Source: the human T2T-CHM13v2.0 reference genome, Homo sapiens. Taken from it: a stretch of DNA of 64,000 nucleotides. Both the position numbers and the translations under genes were made by a program. The notes beneath the pieces were generated by a model that was not told the origin of the DNA, ran no database searches, and saw only the letters and a list, made by a program, of their open reading frames with translations. Location: assembly GCF_009914755.1 (NCBI RefSeq), contig NC_060931.1. The stretch is one strand, 5' to 3'. Positions 14,990-28,902 of the stretch are shown here, piece after piece. Position 1 is the first letter of the stretch, and the number at the start of each line of letters is the position of its first letter.

Positions 14990-15568
14990 TAATTTAGAGT
15001 TGGATACTGTAGCACAAGATTGCAGGAACCTGAGTGCTGTGTGCCACGCTGCACATCAGAGGTTGCAAGATGTCCTGCAATGCAGGCTCAGGAAAGTGAC
15101 TGATGCGCTGTGTTCTAATGTGGAATTCTACAGGTATTCGTGGAAAAACATCAATACATTAGCAAAACCTGGACCGTTTCTGGTGTTGCTGGTGCTGCAT
15201 GGGATGAGTCTGTGGGGCACTCCATGGGATATATTTAAAGAGGTGTTATTTTGTCTCAAGCGGCTAGGGCGGAGATAGAGCATGCTATTTGCCACATTGC
15301 ATTCTAGGGGTTGCAAGACATCCTGAAATGTGGGCTCCATGAAAGCGGTTCATGCTGTGATCTGTACCCCCAGATCTCTTCCCAGGCAGGTCTCATCCAC
15401 CACCAGAAATGGTCCATGTTTTACTACTGTATTGATGTTTTTCCACAAATACCTGTAGAAATCCATATTAGAACACAGGGCGTCAGTCACTTTCCTGAGC
15501 CTGCATTCCAGGACATCTTGCAGCCTCTGAAATGCAGCGTGGCACACAGCACTCAGGTTCCTGCAATC
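14990..15568. mobile_element. Rearranged pieces of an old hAT MITE (MER119-like)
   Basis: TGCCACATTGCATTCYAGAGGTTGCAAGA..CCTG..ATG..GGCTC motif present three times; family assigned from memory of the consensus only. Confidence 0.45.
15018..15568. repeat. Long inverted repeat: arms 15018-15185 and 15401-15568 (looser extension to ~15219 / ~15364)
   Basis: 13 mismatches and no gaps over 168 bp by manual alignment; ORFs on opposite strands give near-identical peptides (QRLQDVLQCRLRKVTDALCSN / QRLQDVLECRLRKVTDALCSN). Confidence 0.97.
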
Positions 15569-18500
15569 AGCATGCCCACATGGTCATAATACAGACTTAG
15601 CAACCTGGAAGGAAGTCTCAGTGATCTGTGACCCAGCCCTTTCTCCTGATAGACCGTGGAACTGCAGGCAGAAGATGCACGGCGTCTCATCTCAGATACA
15701 CAGTGGTGGTGCCGGGATGGTATGTGCTCTCCATTCTCCCTGGAGGGCTCTTGGTCCATCTTGCTTCAGTGACTAGCATGAGAGGAGTGGTGATAGCAGC
15801 AGGTGCCGTGGCCACTGGGCAGGCGGGGTATGGAGAACGCAGCCACACGGCCGCCACTCCTGCTATGGAGGCACCAGGTCCCGCAACACTGGTACCATAG
15901 GACAGGGCTTCCTGGTATCACAGGATTTGCCAGAGCTGGAACGTAACGCCCACTTCACACCTTGGAGTATGATTCAAAGTAGAGTTTGTAGTGAATTCCA
16001 AAAGGCATGTGATTCAAGCTAACTGCCAAGACCATTCAGAGTTGTGGGGAGAAAACCCCACTGTGGGCACGTGAGTCAGGGAAGCAGCATGGAAGCGGCT
16101 TGGGTAGGATTGTGGCAACTGGAAGGGAGTTGGGCGGGCCATGGTTACAGATGCGGGAAGTGGTCGGAGTGGGGAAGAGGACCTGTCTGATTCCCAGGAA
16201 GTGGGCAGGCTCCATGCAGAGCAGGATCCCCCGTGGAGCCTACACAGCCTTGCACACCTGAACTGAGGGGCAACGAAGAAGGGGTCTTTGTAGTTCCCTT
16301 GGTTAGGCAAGTCACCAGCTGGAAGTGGCAGCCGAGACCCGGCAGGGACAACCCTGTCTTTCCCAGTGAGCATCTGATGATATTATCCGGGGCCCGAGCA
16401 GCTAGGGTAGAAAAGGAGAAGCATTTAAACATCAGTGCCTCAAATCTCCTTTCCAAACATCCCAGGTATAGAAAGTTACATCACTCTTGCAATTTGGTTC
16501 ATCAATTGTCCTCACTGCAAAGTTGAACCTAAACTAACTCCTGTTGGGAGGCAGACTAGGGACAAGTGACTTTCAGTGATGCTGAACTGTGAGGCTGAGG
16601 CACTGGCCATACTGCCTCCCAAATGGAACCCTCGTTTGTGCAAATGCCCCCGGCCAGGGTGGTACCCACACACGTCTGCACATGACTTTCTCAGTCTCCT
16701 CCTAAATTATCCCTATTCTTTTTGAAAACATAAAATTAACCCAGGTGGAAGTTTGTGTTGTAAAACATGGAGTAGTTTTCAATATTGTAATAGGCTCTTC
16801 AAGAAGAGCAGCATTTGCCCACAATCTGAATTTTTAGAAAACGTCTAAAATCTCGAGTTATCAGCAGGACGATATCCACACAGTAGATACATCCCTACCG
16901 GACTCAGTGGCAAATTATGACACAGGCCAAGGTCTATCCTTGCACCATCTGTCATTTCTGAGTCTTCAAAGAGCTCAGAGATGTCCTCTGTGTGCCTCCT
17001 TACCCAGGCAGGCAGCCTAAACTCCCAGGGTTCTTCCCAGGCAGATCTCAGCCATCCTGGGCTCAGGAAGGCATTCCAGGAAACCAGAACGCAAGGGATA
17101 AAAGATGGAGGAAGTCACCTCTTTTAGCAGAGTTTGCACTTTGATGAGAATGAAGGCTCACGCCCAGGGAGAAGGTGGATAAGAGAGACGTTTAAGCACC
17201 AGCTCTAAGGTAGTTGCAGTTTGCTGGGCTGATTTGGGTGCTCCTGAAGGATTTGTTGTCTGGGGACTCTTGCCTGGTGCCCAAGGCTGTACCTTCTTGC
17301 GCGTAAGCCTGTTCAGCTCTCGGCCCGTGTGGCATGCAGGCCACAGGAGAAGGTGACTCCAGCCCCTCCTCCGTTGACTGCATTTCTCACTGAGCGTATA
17401 TCTGTCTTGCCTTCTCGCAGATTGTTTTCACGTGGCATTTCACTTAACTTTAGTCTGGATTCACATTTTTTTTTTCCAGAAGGTGAGATTCTTCTTCACC
17501 AAGATGTCACAGTTTGGGCAAAGTTCAAAGTTGCTTAAATTTCTTCGAAGGGCTCCATGAGCAGTTGTACTCCAGCAGGACTGTCACTCCAAATTGGACT
17601 CTCCAGCTGGTCAGGGGCGGCTTTCCAAGAATCTTGATGTCCCAGAGCCCCTCTGATACAGTATCTGAAAGGCCTTTTTTGAATGTTTGGAATGCTCTTG
17701 TCTGAGAGATATCTTAATATGAAAGCAAATACCTGAAGCATAATAAAAGCTTGTAAAGCATCAAGAAAAGAAACGATCTCAGGAAAACCTAATAGTAACT
17801 CGTGATCCAGGGACATATAAAACTGGAGATACACCGTGAAATAAAAAATGTCAGGTACTTAACAGCATGCAAATGACTGAAGCCAAAAGAAAAAGAAAGA
17901 AAAGAAGAAGAACCAATTAACTATGAGAGTCTGCATCCTTCCCCAGGGCCAGTGTTAATTTCCATCGCTGTCTTTAAGCACATCGTTTTGAAAGAGTGTG
18001 CTCGGGTTCATCCATCTTATTTCTTCTGTTAGCCTCAGAAAGGGAGAAAGTAATTTTCCTACATTGTCAGCTTCTTTACAAATGTCTGGGCCTTTTCTAA
18101 ACAGAACCCCCATTGAATAGAGGAAAACAACCATTCTCACACTGAATGCCCTCTTTAACCCTAAATGCTTATTCAGTCATTTAGCACCTCTCTTCCTCGC
18201 CTTTTTTCCCTTCTGAACATGACCTGAAAGAAGATGTTGGAACCCCCCTGCATGGCGGCGGGTGGCATTGCCCTGCCCCATTCATCTGCGCGTTCATCCG
18301 TTTCTCTTACGGAGCAGCCTCAATGCTCTACCGATGTGCGGGTGCCAATCTGTCTCCCCGAGGTTATTCAGCATCTAACGTTGCTATTTAATCTCCAGAT
18401 TTCTAAACTTGCAGCAGACTGGCTGTGAACAGGCCAGATTATTTGTTTCCTCTTAAAATAAGTGCTTGATGGTTGGGTTGTGTGGGGCCGGTCCTTGGTG

Positions 18501-19173
18501 GTCACTGCATGTAATCAACATTCATAGACTGTAGGAAAATGTGGTTTAATGAAACATTCTGCCACTTTTTCTTCTTTGGCACGCGTTAAGCAGTGCGTGC
18601 AATGCATTGCAAATGCAAGTAATTCAGAGTTTACAAGGAAAGGAAGGAGAGTGAGGAACCCCAGAGGACAGGGACGTGGGGTGGTGGGACAGGGCTTCAG
18701 GCTGATTTATCTTTCATACAGTAGTTTGGCCAGTGGGAACGCGGAGTGGGAGGAGGCTGTGGCTGCCTGCTCTTCCCAATGGGGAGGAGGCTTTACGGTC
18801 CTCTCAGCGGAGCTGGTGTTTACTAAAAGGTCTTTCCTAAAGAGCCCACCGAATAGAAAACGTCTACTTCCCGTAGGCTCCTGAGAAGCTTCCTGAAGTC
18901 AGTGAGCACGTTCTGCATAAAAGCTCATTTGAACTCTGCACTAATTTGCCTAGCAATTCATAGGAATCAATCATCTAATATTCAGTCCCCATCTAATGAA
19001 TGGCTGCTTAAACACACTAGTTTTTTTTTTTCATTGCATTGGGTTAGGAAGTTTGCAGCTGGTAAATTAAAATAGGAAGCAGTCTTTGGTATGAAAGTGG
19101 CATATTTTAAGTGCCTTGGAATGCACTTGTTACAAGTGCTCTGCTGTTATGTGAGCAGTAGTTTAATGTGGTT

Positions 19174-19549
<376 letters not shown>

Positions 19550-20049
19550 TCAAATATTTGGCAGTTATAAAAGGACATACCATAGATTTTAACTAATCTC
19601 TTTTATGTAGAGAGTGGCAAAAAATCTTAATGCTTTAATGAAACCTACTTTACAATCACGAATGTTATTTGTATTCTGTGAACATATTGCAATGTACAAG
19701 CAGCTGAACAATGAAATAAATCCAAAATCCCCAAACACTTCCCAGTCAGCTCAGCCTCACAGGTGTCCATTGGGTCCTTGGTTCTTTGCTTCCTCTCCAT
19801 CCCCAGCTTTCAGCACATTGCTGTGTGGCCGTCTTGAAGGAAAGCCCTTCATTCTCTTCACCTTCGCTCAGGTTTCCTGGCTCACTGGCTATGGTGAATA
19901 ATTTATCCCTCTGATTTTAATGAGTGTATTTTATTGTGTTTTTAAAAAGTAGGGACCCAAACTGATCTTCATGCTATCTCTTTGTTTAAAACTATATTTG
20001 AAAAAAATACTTCCATTAATTTTTTAGATATTGAATCCAGAAGCACTGG

Positions 20050-20270
20050 TGATAGCAGCAATAACTAACATGTGTTTTTCATGAATAGGTGGCAATTATT
20101 GCAAAAAAATGCTTTACATACGTTATTGCAATTAATACAGCCACCACCTTAGTCGCTGTTATTATACCTACCTTGCCCCAGAACAGTGAGGCTTGAGCAG
20201 CTAAAACCACTTGCTTGAGGTCTTCTAGGCAGGGAGTACCATGAAACCCGTGTCCACTACAGAATGCCTG
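20050..20270 (-). mobile_element. MIR relic
   Basis: TGCTTTACATACGTTATT..ATTATACC..TGAGGCTTGAG..ACTTGCTTGAGGTC. Confidence 0.55.
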
Positions 20271-22544
20271 GCGCTGCTCTTTTTGGCTCTGAGTGTGCTT
20301 ACGATTTTTTGAAAAACATTTCCCTTGAGACATCCTTTTCTTATAGTATTTGTAGTTTTTTCAGCATATATAAATATATAAATTGAATTATTATAACATA
20401 AACTTATAAATTACATTCTCTAATGAATGGATTCAAGGCTCCTGGCAGAGATACTAGTTTTTATGCTTGTAATCAATCACACTTAAATATCATGCAATCC
20501 AAATGCTAACAAAATTACTCTGTCCCCATTTGGCATTTAGAAAACATCAAAAACATGCTGATGATGCCAAATAGGGTTTTTAAGAATGGGGCGAAAGGTG
20601 AAGGTGTCAAGTGCAGCGAGGATTCCTGCAGCTCTTTCCTTGTGTGGGGGTATGTCAGCGTCAGTGCAGGCTGCGGTGTCTGGCTCTGTCCTTCTGACAT
20701 CTGCGGTGGCTGTGGTCCACCTGGAGAGGTGGTTATGTAGGACTCAGGGAAATACATAATTGTGAGCATTCCATTTATTCAGGTTTTAGAAATGAAATCT
20801 ACAATCGCATGTGCCTTTCTCATACTCTGTAGTCGCAGATCTGATGAGAAAAGTGAGAGACAGAACAGAGAAAACCCTCACTCCTGGGTCGGGCTTTACT
20901 TCTTGACTGTCCAAAAAAGGAAAGATATAAGATTTTGATTCTTTCTTGGAAGCTGCATCATTACTTTGCTTTATTGTTCAAGAAATTGAATAATAGGATT
21001 ATATAATAATAATATGTAATAATAATCCTATTATTCAATTTCTTGTCCCTTCTGTTTAGTCTTGGGGTGTGTATGCATGTGTGTACGTGTGTTTGTGTTT
21101 CACTTTTCTCCTTGATGACATTTAAGACTGCACCCATTTTTATGTTCCAGGTGTTGTAGATCTTGTCAAAATGGCTGTCTGTTCCTTGGTTACCTTCTCC
21201 TATAATGACGCAAGAAGAATGGTTGAATTTAAAAGGCAATACATTTAGAACCAATTAAAGAGAACATTTTTAGCACAGGGTGTGGCGCTTACAAGAGTTC
21301 ATAAAAACCGAAGTTGCTGGGAATGAGTTGCCATTCACCTGCACTAGAAACTATGGACTTGTGTCAACGATGGGTCCTTTGGGGAGGAAATCATCTCATC
21401 ACCTGTGATTCTTTTCTTGTTATCAGAGGGAGAAAATGTTGGCACAGCTTCCCTCTAGAAAAAGATATTGTTAATAATTGGTTAATTATGAAGACTGATG
21501 AAGAAAAGACATTACAGCTGAGATGGTTGGGAGGGAGAGAATGTCTAGGCTGTGAAGCAAAAGGAACTAATGATTAGCCAGCAGGGTCTGACAACCAGGT
21601 TACGGTCAGCAGCCCCAGGATATCTGATCGTGTGGGCACAGCATGGAAAGGAATGCCTCTGAATTGGCCTACTAAGCTGAGGCAGAACAGGCAGACACAC
21701 TGGGATTTGAGCCGGGGATAGGGTGTGGTCAGGTGGAGAGACAGAACTGAGGCCTTCACATGTTTGGGGGTTCTAGGAGGGACAGATTCTGTCCAGCCTA
21801 CCTTTTCTCAATGCATTAAACTTTGGCAAAGTAATCAGGTTGCAGAAGCAACATTAGAGTATCCTCCTTTAGCTGCTGAGTTGGGGGTGAAGTGGGCTGT
21901 AAGCCCCGGGGCAGTTTTCAGAGGACAGGCTTTGAGACTGCCTGAAAGATTCATCACCTTAAGGATAAATTTCCTGGAGGCGAACTAGAAGATCCTGTGC
22001 ATTAACAGAACAGTCAATGCCTGTTATCCAGGAACTGATGTGAACATCTGACAGCTTCTGTACCTTTCAATCTTCAAGCACTGCATGGTGAATTTTGTGA
22101 TTTAAGGAAACCATAAATGAATTAGATCACTTTTTTCCTTCCAAATGCGAGATTCCAAATGACAGCAGAATTTCCGTCCACTTCCTAAAAGTTAAAGGTA
22201 GAACTGCTTGAGTGAGGCTACCAGTGCTGAACTGGCAAGCCAATCGTGGCCAAAGCTCTCAAGGTAAACTGAAATGATCAATGTATTTATAGTAGGATAA
22301 TCAAAATTTATTTATTAAAGAAACCAAGATGAGACCAAGAGCATCCAGTGGCCAATATTGATGTGCCTCACTTGAAGGCATTTCAAACCATCTCGCCGCT
22401 AACCAAGGTACAGCAAGATTGTTCAGCTTTGCTGAAAATGACTTGACCGTAGATTTGCTTCTGGGGCAAATGGATTGTAAATTGCTAAAATGACACTGGT
22501 TTGAATGGCCTGAAAAGAGGAAGGGAACTGCTGCTTCCGTGTTC

Positions 22545-22725
22545 CCTGAGTGCCTTGTGTCATTACCTCATTTACTCACTGCAACGCCACACACTTTGTG
22601 GCTTCCTGATTTTACAGATGAGAAAACCAAGATTCTGAAGGAGTATGCAGATTCCCCAAAGGCACACAGCTAATCAGCGGTGGAGCGAAATTCCAAACAG
22701 CTCCAAAGACTGCCTGTCTCCAAGG
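22545..22725 (-). mobile_element. MIR relic
   Basis: TTTACAGATGAGAAAACCAAG..CCCAAAGGCACACAGCTAATCAG. Confidence 0.7.
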
Positions 22726-22847
22726 GGCATCTCACTGCATCTTCGCAAGTGCACAGGCAGCGTCAGTCCGGGCACTGAAACTGACAGCTGCTGCGGTCTT
22801 GATTTTGAGACAGTTTGGGTCTCAGCCAGTGCTATTCAGCGGCTTGA

Positions 22848-23427
<580 letters not shown>

Positions 23428-23669
23428 TAAAAGAACCATGACATGGCAGAAGAAGAGACTGATGAAAGGTAGGCAGGAGGGGCACTGCCCTGTCTTTGGT
23501 CCCAAGCCTTTTCCTCTCTTATCTGCAGTCATTCCTGTTAAGGTTATTTCCTTGGGAAAATTCCACACCCACAATTGTCTGTTCCCAAGCACACCCTCAC
23601 GTCTGTGTTCTAACACCCGCTTCTTACCTACTTTCTCTCAATAACAATAAGGTAAGAAGTAAATTTTCT

Positions 23670-23920
23670 AACTGGCAGACAGGCGTATGAAAAGGTGCTA
23701 AACATCATTGCTCATCAGAGAAATGCAAATCAAAACTGCAATGAGGTATCATCTCACCCCAGCTAAAATGGCTTATATCCAAAAGACAAGCAGTAACAAA
23801 TGCTGGCGAGGATGTGGAGAAAAGGGAACCCTCATACGCTGTTGGTGGGAAGGTAAATTAGCACAGCCACTATGGAGAGTAGTATGGAGGTTCCTTAACA
23901 AACTGAAAATTGAGCTACCA
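23670..23920 (+). mobile_element. L1 ORF2 3' fragment (older L1PB/L1MA-like)
   Basis: Peptide [50 protein letters not shown]. Confidence 0.9.
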
Positions 23921-23971
23921 GGGAAAGGTTTTAACAAGAGTACTGCTACCAGCTGTACCAGCCTGCGATAC

Positions 23972-24370
<399 letters not shown>

Positions 24371-24407
24371 AAAAAGTGATCATGTGACCGCTCGGCAAAT
24401 ATCGCTG

Positions 24408-24757
24408 GTACCGTTAGTTGGTTTGGGCTGCTATACCAAGATACCATAGACTAGGTGGCTCAAACAACAGACATTTATTTCCTGAAGTTTCCTGAAGTTC
24501 TAGAGGCTGAAAGTCGAGGATGAGGGTGCGGGCAGCTTTGGTGTCTGGTGAGGGCTCTCTTCTTGGTCTCCACACCGGGCAGGAGGGGAGAGAGAGTGGA
24601 AAGAGGCTCTCACCTGTCTCTTCTCGCAAAAGCACTAATCCCATGGTGAGGGCCTCACCCTCATGACTCACCACTTCCCAAGGTCTTACCACCTGATACC
24701 ATCCCACTAGGGTGACGATTTCAGCATGGAATTGAGGGGGCACACATTCATTCTATA
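24408..24757 (-). mobile_element. MLT1A-type MaLR solo LTR
   Basis: GGGCTGCTATACCAAGATACCATAGACTAGGTGGC..GGTGAGGGCTCTCTTC..GGGGGCACACATTCA. Confidence 0.85.
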
Positions 24758-24770
24758 TTTTAGATTGTGC

Positions 24771-25544
24771 TACTTGCAAATAATTTCACTGCTGGAAAAT
24801 TCTGAGGGGCTGGTCAATAGGAAGTGCATGTCATTGCAATTCTTATTTGCAGTCCATTTTCCCATGGGTTGGAAAGTGGGGAGGAAGGCATCCTACTGGT
24901 CTGGGAAGATCCATTTGCTGATACAGGTAAGCAGATAGAGGTGGATTTCCCAAGGTGGAAATCCTAAGGTGGATTTGCTTAGTCTTGGGACCTGTTGCTG
25001 TCCACGCCCCTACCTTGGGCTTTGCTGTTCCTCCTTCCGCCCCACATTGGCTGAGAGCCCAGAGGTCAGCTATGCTTCCCATTCTGTGTGGACTCTGCCA
25101 TATGCATCCATAAAGGCCACTGCCAGCCACACTCTGCATCCCTCATTTATGGTCCCTGGAACTGGGACCCTGTCTGTGCTACCCCTTGCTTCCTTCTCCT
25201 GATGTTTCCAACTGGAGAGGGAGAGGACATTCTCATTCCAGAGCAAGCCCTGCTGCTCCCTCGTTCCATCCATCATTTCTTCGCATGCAAAGTACCTTCT
25301 AAATGCCACCAGAAAACTTTCTGTCAGTCAGACAGACATGCTTTTGAACTGAAACATACTTTGATTAGGGAGCAAGGTGAGCCGATTCTTTCTGTTACGT
25401 ATCAGCAAATGGATCTTCCCAGAGGGGTAGAAGCCTTCCTCCCCACTTTCCAATCCTTGAGAAAATGGGCCGCAATTAAAAAGACAAGCACTTCCTGTTT
25501 ACCAGCCCCTCTGAATTTTCCAATGGTGAAATTATTTGCGAGTA
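24771..25544. repeat. Inverted repeat: arms ~24771-24939 and ~25388-25544, spacer ~450 bp
   Basis: GCAAATAATTTCAC, TTGGAAAGTGGGGAGGAAGGC and TCTGGGAAGATCCATTTGCTGATAC recur as reverse complements; YQQMDLPR appears in opposite-strand ORFs. Confidence 0.93.
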
Positions 25545-25684
25545 TATCTCACTCTTTCTCAGAGGTTGGCCCAGACTCCCAGGATAAAGGAAAGACCATT
25601 TGGGTCTTCACATACTGGGAGGAAACAAAACTGAAGACTTTTCAAGCCTCTCAAACCTACTTTACAGTGATTCTCTCTTTCATC

Positions 25685-26138
<454 letters not shown>

Positions 26139-28527
26139 TGAGCTTTCCTGTGCCTTCCATCGTCACTTATTTTACTGCAAAATAACAAATGCTTTTTGGG
26201 GATACACTAAAGCTACCACACATTTAATATTGACTCTGGAGTTTCAAGTAACTTAAAATCTACTAATCTCAGTGAACTTTCGCCCAGAGTATAATGTTTT
26301 CCATTTTCTATTTTTCCTTTCATGTAGTTCTACTCTAGAGATGGATGTGAGAAAGATAATACAGGAACCATCCTGTATCTCAGCAAACTCTACTGAAATC
26401 AGTAGGTATCATGTATGTGCATGCACGTACACACACACACGTGCACAAATTAGCCCTGTAATGTTATTCCATGTCAGATTGTTGCCTTTGGCCAAACTCA
26501 GCGATTGTGAATGACATCTCCTGCTCGGTTCATGTAACGTACAGGAGACCTGTTCTTAGCATTTACCATTATCCTTCCAGTCTTGACTAAGGTTGGGTGC
26601 ACATTCACAGAGACTACCAACTCTCGATTCAGGGTTTGAAAAGTCTGAATGGTTGTGTATTAAATGGAAAAGATCAGACCAATATTCCCTAGCCTTGGAT
26701 GAAACTGTTTGTTTGCAAAATGATGTTTTAGACAGAAGTGAGTTTTCAGAACATTAAAAGATTCCAGTGATAATATTTGCAAATCCTTTCATCTGCATGA
26801 AAATTTAGCAACTAAATCTGGCCATTAAAGCATAATCTTTATTTGACCAAAGCATGATATAAAAATGGAATAAACTATAATTTATCTTTGCTGACAGCTA
26901 ATTACCTGGAAGTCTGATTAAAGGGAAAACTAAATTTACTTAATTAGTGTTTTGGTGTTTAATCTGTATACATATAAATATGCCTATCTCCTCTCCTACA
27001 TGAACATTTCTAGAAATAAATTACCATTTTTATTTTGTCCCTTTCAGATGCTGCCAAACTGAGGGCAGCATTAGAAGAATGGGTATTTTAGCAACAATGG
27101 TAGCAGGTGTTTGTAGACTGTGATCCCATTAGAGGAGCAGAGTGAGGTAACACAAGAATGGGATGCTTACCACAAAGTAGTTTTCTTTTTTCCCCAATGG
27201 CTCCTCCTTTAACTGTGAACAAGAAGAGTGCCAACTTGTGGAGTGAACCAGCCCTGCCAATGAATCCTGGCTTGGTGGTGGAAAAATCTGCATATAATTA
27301 AGCCCCTTGAGGCAAGTGGACTTTGATAGACAAGAGGTGGCTTTGAAAACGTTGAAATCATTTGTTTTTTAGCAGCAGTATTTGGCAGTGTTGCCTTTTG
27401 ACGGTTTGAGGAACTATGCTGTAAGTACAGCCAAAGGCAGAGGAGGTTTTATGGAACTCTCAGCTCCCACCCCCACCTCCTGATGCTGCAAAGTTCTCCC
27501 ACTAGATGCAATTTAAACAGGAGACATATGTAACACACCTCAGGTGGTGTAATGAAATCATCCTCTTTTCTGAGCTTCTGAAAGTCAAATATACTTATAT
27601 TAATTTTTTAAAGTGATCTGAAAGTCATACGATTCTATTCTTGAAATAGAGAGGTTTTCGTTACTTAAGTGGCAGACTTACTGACAGTTCAGTTATAGGC
27701 TTACAAATAATTGGACTAAAATATGATTTTTATAAAGCATTGTAGGTTTTAATCAAAATCCCTACAGAAATGAAAGTCTTAATTAAATCTGAAATCCTAC
27801 TTCCCAGACCTGAAGTTTCCAATATCATTTTTTATTCTCGCCCAACATCCTCTGTGATTAAAATAGAACATAAGTGGTGAAATCGCTGATTATTTAAAGG
27901 ATAGCATCATAGAAACAAACCCAAAGCACGTAGAAGTCATTTTAGACTCATGAAAGGTAGAAGATGAAAGAGGCTTGCACAGCATCTTCATCTCAGGAAG
28001 ACTTTTGGGTCAGGTTCTGTTCATTTCATTATCGTCACTCTTCTCGGTTGCATAATTGGAAGTTCTCTAAAATAACTACTTCTGACAAAATTTCTAAAAG
28101 TTGCTGAGTGGAGGCTTAAAAAAGGACTAATATCCTTAATGATTTGATAAAGATTAAAATCACAGTTTCAGGAAGGGTTACTTTTTGCCTACTTCACAGA
28201 CATTCACCCTCTTCTCTGGTAGCCTGGACAGTCATTTTCTAGAACCATCTTCCTTCTTTATTCTGCCATTTGGCTGAATGACCCTTAAGGTGACACAAAG
28301 TAAAGGGACTATGACAAGGTTAACAAATGTGCAACACAAGTTGCCTGTTCTCTGTTGTTTCGATGAAGCATTCAGCTCAATATAAAAAACTATATCTCAT
28401 TAATACACCTTCCAACTGGGCAGAGGATGGGAGCACAGAGGGGTCCACAGCTGTAAGTGGAGGCAAACATATGCCATGAAACCCAGGCCAGTGAGGAAGG
28501 GGGTGACATGTGGATTTTAATAGTTAA

Positions 28528-28902
<375 letters not shown>

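Noticed and set aside
15000-15589. Similar ORFs on opposite strands suggesting a gene pair
   Set aside because: A direct consequence of the DNA inverted repeat; no coding features.
27030-27110. Good acceptor TTTTATTTTGTCCCTTTCAG|ATG
   Set aside because: No strong downstream donor or recognisable peptide; such sites are common in introns.
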